Positions 9,174-20,200 of a stretch of 64,000 nt of DNA are shown here, piece by piece. The stretch comes from an uncultured Bacteroidales bacterium (GTDB lineage: Bacteria; Bacteroidota; Bacteroidia; Bacteroidales; VadinHA17): assembly GCA_963816345.1 (NCBI GenBank), contig CAWFKI010000005.1, positions 1,695,572-1,759,571 on the forward strand. Reading direction: 5' to 3'. Within the stretch, counting starts at the first letter, position 1. Each line of letters begins with the position of its first letter. The position numbers and the translations under genes are program-made. A model generated the notes under the pieces. That model made no database searches and was not told the origin of the DNA. It saw nothing but the letters and a program-made list of their open reading frames with translations.

Positions 9174-12071
9174 TTACCTGGTACATAATGCCCTGTAGGG
9201 ACAATAAGTGCATTTCCCCCTTATATCGGCGGTCATTAAAAATGGTTCATCGCTGCTGAAAATTGCTGAAATGACTGATTTCAGATTCTTCATAAATTCA
9301 TCCCTTACCTCCAGGTAATCATTTATTTCGATATCGCTTCTGCTACCTGTCTTTATCCTGAGTTTATCGTTTAATGGCGACCCTGAAAGTTTCCTGATCT
9401 TATAAATGGATGGTCTGACGTGTATTCCGGGATTAACCGCCATGTATGCTTCACAATAGAGAAGCGTCTGAAGCCAGCCATCCGACTCCTTCTTTCTGTC
9501 GGGACTGAAAAGATCATCAATTGAATTTATTGAATCTGAAACCAGACCGGTTTTGTAATCCACAATCCTGGTCACTCCTTCCACGATATCAATACGGTCA
9601 ACCGTTCCTCCCGTCAGAACCTCAGTATTGGCACTATCGGGTCCCGCAACAAGAAGAAAACTGAATACATCCTCAAGGTTCAGGATTTTGAAGGGGGCAA
9701 GTAACCTGTCGGCACGAAGGATCTTCATCGCATATGCCCTTAATACGTCTGTTACAATCAGTACATTTCCGTCAACCGGATTATCCGTTCCCTTGTTGAA
9801 CTTATCATTGATTGCCCTTATTATAACCTCATGCAGCCGGCTCCTGTTTCCGGTTATCGATTCAACCATGCTGCCGGTGACGACCTGATTGAGATACTCT
9901 CCGAAGAGATTCTTCATGATATCATGTAAAATATTTCCCAGCATTGCAGGATCAATATCTTTTGTCACCATATCTCTTTCCGTCAGTCCGTTCACGTAAC
10001 GGTAATAGAACTTCATCCTGCAATTCAGCCACATATTTATTGCAGAAGGCGACAGTATCCTTTTGTTATTTTCATCAAGAAATCTTGAGTTCAGCTGCTT
10101 AAGGTGCTCCTCAGTCCTCTCCAGTCTTTCACCTATTGATCCGTGCGTTTTGATTTCAAAGCTCAGATCCAGAAATTCAGGCTTCAGGGCAGGATCGTAC
10201 TTCATCTGAACAAGAAACCGGCTCATCTCCCCGCTCCTTAAACCTTCGGAATTGGAGTTATACAAAAATGTCACATTCTCCGCCCTGTGAAGAAGGCGGT
10301 AGAAGTGATAGGCATATACTGATTCGCGGTGATTGACGGAAGGAAGGCCAAACGCTTCGCGCAGGCTGAAAGGAATGAATGAGGAGCCGGAAGAGACAGC
10401 CGGAAGCGTACCTTCATTGACGGAAAGCATAATAAGATTCTTAAAGTCCAGCGCGCGTGTCTCAAGAATACCCATAATCTGTACTCCTGCCAGTGGCTCT
10501 CCTGAAAACGGGACTGACAAAACCCTTAACATTCTGTCCAGCACTCTCATATATGTTTCAGCAGAGAGGCAGACCTCCCCGTTGACTGTAAGCGCTTCAA
10601 GCCTGTTTATCGACAGAATTGTCCTGTATATAAATTCATTCCTGATCTTAAGGGAGGCTGTATCGGTACCGGGGTCAGACAGGGAAGTTTCTCCGCTTGT
10701 TGTAACAATGGAAAGAATATCCTTAAAATATTCTGAAAGGGAACAGGAGTCTGCCGGCCTGATAAAGATCCTTGAAAGGACCGGTGAGTTTTTAAAGCGA
10801 CCGGAGGATACCCTTATAAGATTTCCTGAATTGATCTCATTTATAATATGATCAGCTTCATCAGAAAAAATCCGTTCCAGTAAAGGATGTTTCAGGATTC
10901 TGATAACATCCCCGGCATTAAACCTGACCGGATCATCAGTCAGAAACGTATTCCTCTGAAGGTCCATCAGATTCTTTATAAGAGTATAAACCAGAGTCTG
11001 TTTAAGAGGATAACCCATTGTTATATTAAAGTCGCCGATATTCTCAGGAAGGCTGGTCAGAACAGGCATCAGCAGATTTTCATCAGATAATACAATAGCC
11101 GTATGGCGTGCAGTCGCCTCACTCAGATCAGGTAAATCGTTCAATAACCCTGATATCAGCTTGACCTGGGCAAGATCGGAGGAAGTCTCAATAACACGGT
11201 ACTTCCGTGGTGAATCCGTATTGGTAAGCATTGTATCATAATTCCAATCTGCAGGCATGTCATTTCCGAATAATTTCAGATTTTCCCGCATGAAAAAACC
11301 CGCAGAATTAATTTTGCCGTCTCCGGTATATGAATTATCGTAATCCCAGTAAAATCTCGCTTTACCTGCCTTCTGAAGTCGTTTCATCACCAACTTTTCA
11401 CATTCATTTATAGCATTAAATCCTATGAAATGAACCATATCCCACCGGATCCCCCCTGGAAAAATCTCATCACCTGATTCGGCAAGCTCCCTGAAGATCA
11501 TCCCCTCGTAAGCAAGATTACGATCTTTCAGAGCTCTCCTGAAACCATTATAAAGGTCATCAAGTATTGACCAGATATTGATGAATTCCGATTTTTCTTT
11601 TGTATGTCTGGCAGGATTGAAATTTGTCCAGAATTTACTGACAATCTTAATCTGATCCCCGGTCAGTCCACCAAATTCATTATCTATATTTTTAATATCC
11701 AGCACATTACTGAACAACTTCTGTGCATTCACAAGATATTTGTCGACATCATCAAAATCATTCAGCAGCATTTCTCCCCAGAAATAAAAATCATCGAAGC
11801 TCTCGGGCGATTTTTTCAATTTGCGGTAAAGCTTATAAAGTTCAAATAACAGGATCTCATTACCCGCAACCTGCATTGCAGAAAAAGTATTGAAGAGTTC
11901 ATTTACGGTTAATACTGAGGGAGTCCAGACAGGTTGTTGTATCCGTGCCGCCAGGTATTTCATAAAATATAAACCGGCCCTGCGGTTAGGAAATACAAGA
12001 GAGTGGCGGTTAAGCGTATTGCCGAACTCAGAGTGAATTGATCGGGCAATATTTTCCAGGAAGTATTCCAT
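9174..12071 (-). CDS. AddB-like PD-(D/E)XK nuclease subunit of a helicase-nuclease complex
   Basis: 965 aa with no Walker A. C-terminal nuclease motif DRIDIV...IVDYKTG and cysteine cluster CTYCPYRALC. Confidence 0.8.
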   Translation of the reverse strand: MEYFLENIARSIHSEFGNTLNRHSLVFPNRRAGLYFMKYLAARIQQPVWTPSVLTVNELFNTFSAMQVAGNEILLFELYKLYRKLKKSPESFDDFYFWGEMLLNDFDDVDKYLVNAQKLFSNVLDIKNIDNEFGGLTGDQIKIVSKFWTNFNPARHTKEKSEFINIWSILDDLYNGFRRALKDRNLAYEGMIFRELAESGDEIFPGGIRWDMVHFIGFNAINECEKLVMKRLQKAGKARFYWDYDNSYTGDGKINSAGFFMRENLKLFGNDMPADWNYDTMLTNTDSPRKYRVIETSSDLAQVKLISGLLNDLPDLSEATARHTAIVLSDENLLMPVLTSLPENIGDFNITMGYPLKQTLVYTLIKNLMDLQRNTFLTDDPVRFNAGDVIRILKHPLLERIFSDEADHIINEINSGNLIRVSSGRFKNSPVLSRIFIRPADSCSLSEYFKDILSIVTTSGETSLSDPGTDTASLKIRNEFIYRTILSINRLEALTVNGEVCLSAETYMRVLDRMLRVLSVPFSGEPLAGVQIMGILETRALDFKNLIMLSVNEGTLPAVSSGSSFIPFSLREAFGLPSVNHRESVYAYHFYRLLHRAENVTFLYNSNSEGLRSGEMSRFLVQMKYDPALKPEFLDLSFEIKTHGSIGERLERTEEHLKQLNSRFLDENNKRILSPSAINMWLNCRMKFYYRYVNGLTERDMVTKDIDPAMLGNILHDIMKNLFGEYLNQVVTGSMVESITGNRSRLHEVIIRAINDKFNKGTDNPVDGNVLIVTDVLRAYAMKILRADRLLAPFKILNLEDVFSFLLVAGPDSANTEVLTGGTVDRIDIVEGVTRIVDYKTGLVSDSINSIDDLFSPDRKKESDGWLQTLLYCEAYMAVNPGIHVRPSIYKIRKLSGSPLNDKLRIKTGSRSDIEINDYLEVRDEFMKNLKSVISAIFSSDEPFLMTADIRGKCTYCPYRALCTR

Positions 12072-12137
12072 TTATCAAGATCAGATTGACAGGATGAAAC
12101 CCACATGATTGACCAGAATCACAAATATGAATAAATA

Positions 12138-12198
12138 TAATTTACAATCATGTGTGGTTACATCATACCATTAAAATAAAAATTATATAATGATGAAC
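12138..12198 (+). repeat. 61-bp copy of the amidohydrolase leader (partner at 57707..57767)
   Basis: taatttacaatcatgtgtggttac...ataccattaaaataaaaattatataATGATGAAc matches 57707-57767 at about 55/61 positions, including a 24-nt identical block. Here the ATGATGAA is followed by a stop after 5 codons. Confidence 0.85.
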
Positions 12199-12426
12199 TT
12201 AAAATGATAAAAGACAAATGTAAAAACAATTAACAGAATTCGGGAAAGGCTTTCGGACAGAACCTCTCTGATTAATTGCAACAGGAGTTGATAAACGCAG
12301 GTAGCTGATAGATAGGGTTCTTAAAATTTTAATACCCTCCTGCCGGGTGGCCGATAAAGTGATTATATTTGTTCTTAACACCCGCTCTGACCAAAGTACT
12401 TCAATAATCTTCAAACAACGGAAATT

Positions 12427-13784
12427 ATGAACAGACGTGAATTCACAAAAATAGCTGCCGCCGGAACAGCCGGTATAGGCATATCGACAGTCATCCTTCC
12501 GGATTCAGGATGGAAAGGGAGCCAATGACCGTGTAAATGTTGCTGTCATAGGCATCAGAGGGCAGGGAGAGGCCCACATTGCCGGATATGGAAATTCTCA
12601 AACGCCAGGGTTGTTGCATTATGTGACGTGGACAGTAACCTTTTCGAAGACCGCATCAAAAGGCACTTCACGGAAAAGGGCCTTGACAGGCCACGGATAT
12701 ATACTGATCTGCGAAAGCTTTATGAGGATAAAGATATTGATGCAGTTTCAGTCGTAACACCCAACCACTGGCATGCACTTGCCTCAATATGGGCAATACA
12801 GGCAGGTAAACATGTCTCTGTAGAGAAACCCTGCTGCCATAATTTCTTTGAAGGATGAAGCTTGTTGAAGCTGCAGAAAAATACAAAGTAATAGTGCAGG
12901 ACGGTGCTGAGCAGAGAAGCAACCCATGTGCACAGAGCATGGCCGGTATCTGCACAGCGGAAAGCTTGGTGAGGTATATATGGCAAAAGGTCTTTGCTAT
13001 AAGTGGCGCGACACAATCGGCAAGACCCCTGACGAGTCTGTGCCATCCGGAGTTGATTATGATCTCTGGCTTGGACCGGCACCGAAGCGTCCCTTCTCAA
13101 AAAACAGGTTTCATTATAACTGGCACTGGAACTGGGACTATGGAAACGGAGACATGGGGAACCAGGGAGTCCATGAAATGGACATAGCCCGCTGGGGACT
13201 GAATGTGAGTCTGCCGGTAAAAATCAGCGCCAGCGGCGGACATTTTATGTTCGATGATGACCAGCAGACGCCCAATGATCTGATAGCTGTTTTTGAATTT
13301 CCCGGTCCCGGATGGCGGAGGAGACAAAAAGAAAATCCTCCAGTTCGAAGTACGTCACTGGATAACGAACCGTGAAGGGATAAAAAGTGAGGATCCCTCT
13401 TCCGGGAACACATATATGGTCAGCTCGGAAAATACTGTGGGGAATCTTTTTTATGGTTCAAAGGGATATATGACCAAAAATGTGAATGAATGGCAGGCCT
13501 ACATGGGGAAAGAAAGGGAAGCCGGCGAGACCGGAAACGGCCTGGGCGATCATTATGCCGATTTCATTGAAGCAATTCGTCAGAATGATCAGAAGCTGGC
13601 AAAGGGAGACATCAGGGAAGGATTTTATTCCTGTGCCCTTGTACATCTTGGGAATATCTCTTACAGGCTTGGAAGAACACTTGAATTTGATCCTGGCAAA
13701 ATGAAGTTCATAAATGCTCCGGATGCTGATGCCATGCTTACAAGACAGTACAGGAAACCGTTCGTTGTACCGGAAAATGTCTGA
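12427..13784 (+). pseudogene. Gfo/Idh/MocA-family oxidoreductase with Tat signal, inactivated by about 5 frameshifts
   Basis: MNRREFTKIAAAGTAGIG (twin-arginine signal), then NDRVNVAVIGIRGQG, NARVVALCDVDS..., VVTPNHWHA..VSVEKP, and C-terminal pieces. The pieces are spread over three frames. My estimated shift points are near 12520, 12600, 12855, 12940 and 13305. ORF-track fragments: 12628-12858, 12926-13375, 13293-13784. Confidence 0.8.
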
Positions 13785-13827
13785 TGAATTAATATGAGAA
13801 TGCATCACTGACTGGCTTCCTGACAGA

Positions 13828-15099
13828 ATGAAAATACTCCCGAAATATTATGGCATCAGGTGGATCGTTCTCCTCTTTCTGTTTTTTGCAACTGTTCTGC
13901 TTTACCTCGACCGTTCCGCACTCGGTATCATGGCTCCGTTTCTGCAAAAGGAGATTGGCTGGAGCGAACAGGAATATGGTAATATAAATACTGCATTTAT
14001 GGCAGGCTATGCAATCTGTTTCCTGATCATGGGGGCATTCATAGACAGGATAGGTACAAGGGCAGGATATGCTTTGTCAGTGGGATTATGGTCAGTTGCC
14101 CAGGCTTCTGCAGCCCTGGCAAAAACCTGGATTGGATTTGCAGTTTCCAGAGCCGGTTTATCTGTTGGCCAGTCCGGCAATTTTCCGGTTGCGAATAAGG
14201 TACTGGCAGAGTGGTTTCCAAAAAAGGAACGGGCGCTGGCTGTCGGTCTCTTTAACGGTGGTTCCAATGTCGGAACCCTGATCTCCCCGCTTGTCATCCC
14301 GGTTGTTGTTTCTTCGTTTTCTGACAACTGGAGGGCGGCATTTTTGTGGACACTGCCATTCAGTGCTGTCTGGATAATTATGTGGCTGCTGTTTTACAAA
14401 AAACCCGGAAGTCATAAGTCAGTAAGTATTGAGGAACTGAATTATATAAACAGTGACAGTAATGAAGAGACTACAGAAAAAATAAGCTGGTCAGTTTTAC
14501 TGAAGACAAGGGAGGTGTGGGGAATCTGCGTCGGAAAATTTATAGCCGATCCAATCTGGTGGTTCTACCTGTTCTGGGGTGCAAAATTCCTTAACAGCAA
14601 ATACGGGCTTAACTTAAAAGAGATTGGACTGCCCTTTTTTTCAATATATCTTATTTCCTGGATCTGCGGAATTTTCATCGGCTGGCTTACATCCTTTTTC
14701 ATTAAGAGAGGCTGGTCGCTTAATAAGGGAAGAAAAATGGGTTTTTTGGTATGTGCCATCTTTGCCCTCCCTGTTATGCTGGTCCCTCATACGGACAACA
14801 TGTGGCTGGCTGTAATGCTTATCGCAATCGCAGCGGGTGGGCATTGCGGGTGGTCTGCAAATATCTTCAGCCTGATGTCTGATATCTTTCCGAAGAAGGC
14901 AACTGCATCAGTCACCGGTATAGGAGGCTTTGCCGGTGCGGCAGGAGGCGCAATCATAGCCCAGACTGTAGGCAGATTGCTTCAAAACATGGGAACGGAG
15001 GGGTATGCGTTGCCATTTTTCATTGCATCAGTCGGTTATTTTATTGCCCTGGGCATAATGCAACTGCTCATTCCAAAAATAAAACAATTAAATTTTTAG
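13828..15099 (+). CDS. MFS transporter (hexuronate/ACS-family-like)
   Basis: 423 aa, about 12 TM segments. LDRSALGIMAPFLQKEIGWSEQEYGNINTAFMAGYA is typical of ExuT-like sugar-acid transporters. Confidence 0.88.
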   Translation: MKILPKYYGIRWIVLLFLFFATVLLYLDRSALGIMAPFLQKEIGWSEQEYGNINTAFMAGYAICFLIMGAFIDRIGTRAGYALSVGLWSVAQASAALAKTWIGFAVSRAGLSVGQSGNFPVANKVLAEWFPKKERALAVGLFNGGSNVGTLISPLVIPVVVSSFSDNWRAAFLWTLPFSAVWIIMWLLFYKKPGSHKSVSIEELNYINSDSNEETTEKISWSVLLKTREVWGICVGKFIADPIWWFYLFWGAKFLNSKYGLNLKEIGLPFFSIYLISWICGIFIGWLTSFFIKRGWSLNKGRKMGFLVCAIFALPVMLVPHTDNMWLAVMLIAIAAGGHCGWSANIFSLMSDIFPKKATASVTGIGGFAGAAGGAIIAQTVGRLLQNMGTEGYALPFFIASVGYFIALGIMQLLIPKIKQLNF

Positions 15100-15101
15100 C
15101 C

Positions 15102-16278
15102 GTGATGAAGAGTTCGGAAAGACTTGAAGCTGCAATAAACCATAAAGAGCCCGACAGGGTGCCATACGACCTGGCTGGAACAACAGTTACGGGTATCAGC
15201 AGAAAAGCCTTCATTAACGCAATGTCATACCGGGGATTTTCTACTGAGACAGACATGAAGGAAATTGATCCTGTCCAGCAGATTGTAACTCCTGTAGAGG
15301 CAACTTTAAGAGAGCTGAGGTCAGATACCAGACGAATTGGTGCAAGAAGAATCCCCGATTATGAACAGATTGTCACTATAAACAAAGGTATCTGGGAACT
15401 GACTGATATCTGGGGATGTAAATGGAAAATGGATGAAATGAAAGATTATTATTTCAACCAGGTTTCATACCCCATGGAGAAATTTACTTCAATTGATGAA
15501 GGATTAAGGCATTACGCATTACCTGAAATTGAAATTCATTCGGATCTTATCCGCAGCGATTTATCCGAACAGATCCTGAATATCGGCGACTATGGCGTTA
15601 TCGCTGACAGGAATTGTGCCGGGCTGACCGAAACCTCATTAAGAATAAGGGGATACGAAAACTGGTACCTCGATACAATTAACGATCCTGCAGGAGTTGA
15701 AAAACTTTTTGATATTATATTGAAATATAAAGCAGAATATTGGGACCTTGTAATTGACTGGCTTATTAGAGAATAATCTTCAGGAGACCGTAAAAGTAAT
15801 CTCCGAATGTGATGATCTCGGTACCCAGACATCAACCCTGCTGGAACCTGAATTTCTGAGAAAAACAGTGATCCCAAGGTACGGTTCATTATGGGCTCAT
15901 ATTAAAAAACGATTGCCGCATGTCAGAATATTTATGCATTCATGCGGATCAGTAAGAGTGTTGCTGCCTGACCTGATAGATGCCGGAATGGAGATATTAA
16001 ATCCGGTTCAGTTTACTGCTGCCGGGATGGAACTGAACGGTCTGAAAAAGGATTTCGGGAATGATCTCGTATTCTGGGGCGGAGGGGTCAATACACAATC
16101 GACACTAAAGAATGCCCGGCCGGAGGAGGTAAAGGATGAAGTAAAGAGGATACTGGACATTATGGCTCCCGGAGGCGGATTTGTATTCACACCGGTGCAT
16201 AATGTTCAGGAAGATGTTCCTCCTGAGAATTTCTGGGCAATGTGGGACACACTTATGGAATACGGAAAATACAGGTAA
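15102..16278 (+). pseudogene. uroporphyrinogen-decarboxylase-family (URO-D/MtaA-like) protein, one frameshift
   Basis: Two overlapping ORFs (15102..15776 and 15754..16278) together cover one URO-D-like protein (SERLEAAINHKEPDRVPYDL ... ISECDDLGTQ ... MHSCGSV ... GGGFVFTPVHNVQ). The frame changes near 15760-15775. Confidence 0.7.
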
Positions 16279-16322
16279 AAAAGAAATAAGATAATACTGA
16301 AAGAACCTGGATCAGCGGCCTT

Positions 16323-17287
16323 TCATAAATAAAGCCTCCCCTGCCAGGTGTCCAGCTCTTCGAGACGCTTCTCGACAAGATTTACTATCTCGTCGCTGCG
16401 TTTTTTCCCCCAGCCCTGACCTGTCAGAAAACGGGGAGGCGCTTCTCCCGTAAATCGTTCAACAACAATTGAAGGGTTGAGTCTTTCCAGGAAACTGATA
16501 AAGAAGCTGAGATATTCATCCCAGGAGAAGAGTTCAAAATCTTCGGGTTTCAGCTGGTATTCTTTTTCCATCGCAGTACCCTTTATGATCTGAAGCTGGT
16601 GAAACTTGACTGTTTTCAGAGGCATCGCCGATATAACGGAAGCCTCCCCCAGCATCTCCTCCCTTGTCTCTCCGGGCAGACCGAATATAAAATGTGCTCC
16701 GGTATTAATGCCTGCTGCCGCAGTTTTTTCAACAGCCAGTATGCATCTTCAAATGAATGTCCGCGGTTTATTCTTGCAAGTGTTTTATTGTTGCACGTTT
16801 CAATCCCGAATTCAACGGCCAGGTAACATTTACGTGAGAGCTCCTCAAGATATGAAAGAAGTTCATTATCAATACAGTCGGGCCTTGTTCCGATTATCAG
16901 ACCTGTAACACCGGGGTAGCTCAGCGCCTCTTCATAAAGATTTCTGAGAGTATCAAGTGATGCATAGGTATTTGAATATGCCTGAAAATATGCAAGATAC
17001 GAGGCAGCCTCCCGGTATCTCCGCCGGTGAAATTCTATGCCCTCCCCGATCTGCCGGGAGACTGATTTTGAGGGGCGGCAATAAGAAGGGTTAAAGGCGT
17101 CGTTATTACAATAGGTACATCCGCCGGATCCCTTTGTGCCATCCCTGTTTGGGCAGGAAAACCCGGCATCAATTGAAACTTTCTGAACCCTCGATCCGAA
17201 CCGGCTCCGGAAATAGTTGGAGTATGCATTGAATCTGCGTTCGTGCCCCCACGGATATATTGTTTTATCTTTTTTAATTACTGACAT
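16323..17287 (-). pseudogene. TIGR01212-type radical SAM protein, one frameshift
   Basis: The N-terminal ORF has [20 protein letters not shown] (radical SAM Cys cluster). The C-terminal part continues in another frame (...[32 protein letters not shown]). The shift lies between about 16655 and 16745. The ATG directly abuts the AddA-like stop. Confidence 0.75.
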
Positions 17288-20200
17288 TCAGGCGGTCACA
17301 ATTAAATTATTATCCACATACCAGATAAAAGCTTCAATATTGCTGTATCCCATTTCAGACAGCAGATTGCGGTAAAGGTTTATCTGTTTATAATATTCGG
17401 GTGATACCTCACCGAATTTAAAATCGATTATTATTGTTTTGCCTTCCCTTATAATTACCCTGTCGGGACGTCTTGAGCTGCCGGAAGGCAAAAGTATACC
17501 GGCTTCCGTCAGGATAAGATTTCCGGGTGCGAACCACTCAGCAACCTCATGTGTAGTGATAAGTGATTCGATTCTTTGTACAAGCTCCTGAGTCTCTCCT
17601 TCTGTCAGTTTACCCTCCAGCACCAGCTTTCTTACCGCAGAGGGGATATCGGCAGATGTTTCTATTCCTTCAAAAATTTCATGCATCAGCTTCCCGTAAT
17701 TGATCTTTTTCCTTACCTCCTCCCTTCCTGCAGCAAAATAATTCTCGCCATGCAGCTTCAGCTTAAGGGATCCTGTTGCCCGGCCTACAGGATATTCTGA
17801 CAGCAGTAAGCTGTTATCCTCACTTTCATGTATTCCGCTTGCGGGTATCTCCCCGTATTCAAAAAAATGATTTTCCACATCATAGAATACCTCAGGATCA
17901 AAATCCTTTAGCTTATCTTTTAAAGGTCCAGGAGAAAAAGCTTTCTTCAATATACAGGCAATTGAATTTTCAGTTTTCGGATTATCAACAGAGAAGCCGT
18001 ATATTACATCCCTTGCCCTGGTCAGGGCAACATACAGCAGGTTGATATTATCAATGTAAGCGGAGTGTCTCTCCTCTTTGTAATCATCATCAAAAAATGT
18101 CTTTGAAAGCTCCGAACTGTACTTTACAGGTACAACCGCTGCTTCATTGAAGGGTGCTACCCGGGGCCTTACCCACAAAAAGGGCTGCTTTGAAGAGATA
18201 TGATCTAAATTCCATGCCAGGAATGGCAGAATAACCACTTTGAACTCGAGTCCCTTTGATTTATGGATAGTGATAATCCGCATCGCATTCTGATTCCCCG
18301 GCAATACAACCGACTTACCTGAACCTGTGGTTTCCCACCAATCGAGGAATGATTGGATATCACCACTTTTGCTCCCCGTAAAACCAGCCATATAATCCTG
18401 GAATGTATTCAGATAGGCGACATTATGTGACAATTCCCCCAGCCTGAAGAAGCTGATAATGTTTTCAACCGACTCAAAGAGAGGCAGCTGTCTGAGGCTG
18501 CCGGTAAATGCTTCATACCCCTCCGGAAAATACCTCCGTGAAGTCTCCGGGAGCTTATCGCTGATAAGAGACACTTTCTCAGCATCAGGATCCCCCGCTG
18601 CCAGCAGGAAAAACCTTAACATAAGGGCTTTGCTTATCAAATCGGCAGGGTCATTGACAGATGATAAAACTGAAATTATAAAACTGATGACAGGAGCATT
18701 CGAAAGAAGCAGAGAATCGCTTGATACAACATTATAATTATAAGTTCTTCTCTTTTCATCACTGCAGGAATAGCTGTAATCAATAAAGGTTCTCAGCACA
18801 CTGGCACCCTCCTTCCCATCCCTTACTATGATTGCAATATCAGAAGCATTATAACCTTTATCCTGTAAATTTTCCACTACCGAAGGAAGCCTTCCAAGAA
18901 CCTTGTCCTGCCACTTCCCCTCCGGTTCATTCTCTATAAATTCAATCCTTACATACCCACCCTCACTCCGCAGGGGATCTTTCTGAATGGCTTCGGAATA
19001 GATCTTCTGAAAACCTGCCCGCTGAGGATCATCCTCAAACAGGCTGTCGACCTGTGCGGGGATGATGGTGAACATGGAATTATTGAATCTGATAATATTG
19101 GACCGGCTCCGCCAGTTAACTATCAGGGGATGGCTTATAAACCTGTCATTGTCTATCATGCTGTCAAGGAATGATCCCAGGATCTTCCAGTCGCTGTTGC
19201 GCCACCTGTATATTGATTGCTTGACATCACCCACGACAAGATTATCAAAACCTTCAGCCATGCTGTTCTCTATCAGTGGCTTCAGATTATTCCACTGAAT
19301 GATTGAGGTGTCCTGAAACTCATCTATCATAAAATTCTCGAAGCTGTTGCCTACTTTCTCATAAATGAAAGGAGTCTGATCTCCCCCGGTAATTTCATTC
19401 AGAAGCTGCCCTGCATCTGAGAGCAGAAAGCTGTTTTCCGCAGTTGTTGTAACATGCACATGATACAGCACATCGGAGAGAATTCCAAGGGCATAGATGT
19501 TCGACAGTATGGCATTTGCTGTTCTGTAACCGGTAATGTTCCCGTCATAATAATGAATTGCATCACGTAGAGCAGCATCAAGTCCGTTGTTCACTGCCTC
19601 CTGCAGCTGAGGGTCAACCGGGCCTGTCGACCACCGGGGAGGCTCTTTTTCAATCTCCCTGACATAACAGTTCGGCTCTTTTACCGATCCGGAAGCCAAT
19701 GACTTAATAAACCCGGGGATCCCCTGACTCTTCCTGTAAAACATATCGTCTGAAAGCTGATACCGGGAGATTATCCCTGCAGCCATCAACCCCGATTCAA
19801 GAAGGGTTTTTTCAAATGTGACCGGGATGGATCTTATCTTTTCAATATATCCCAGAAGGCGCTCCTTATTTTCGAGATCTGATTGCTCCTCAGATGAGAA
19901 CATTCTGAATTTTTCCCTGAAGAGCTCTTCGGAGAGCCTGCTGATCCCCTCCTTCAGATTCCAGCTCTTGTCTTCATCAATGTTTGACATGGCGTACTGA
20001 GTCAGCCATTTGTTCAGATGTGTGCCTGCAAGGGCCGATCCGATCATTCCGTCAATGGCTTTGGAGAGGATCAGACTGTGATCCAGCTCGATATCAAATC
20101 CTGCATGCAGGCCGGCCTCCCTGGCAAAGGCACGGAGGATCTTCTGGAAAAAGCTGTCTATTGTTGAAACTGAAAACCGTGAAAAGTCATGGAGAATTGA

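Noticed and set aside
10333-10851. Long antisense ORFs inside large genes (e.g. 10333-10851, 20584-21162, 24531-24989, 27308-27784, 36518-36937, 60719-61120)
   Set aside because: Each lies fully inside a well-supported gene on the opposite strand. They have low-complexity or atypical composition and no recognisable motifs. I treat them as shadow ORFs.
12199-12414. 71-aa ORF on the minus strand between the leader copy and the oxidoreductase pseudogene
   Set aside because: It has no start context, motif or plausible partner. It lies in what looks like a deletion scar. It could still be degraded coding DNA, but I cannot support a gene call.
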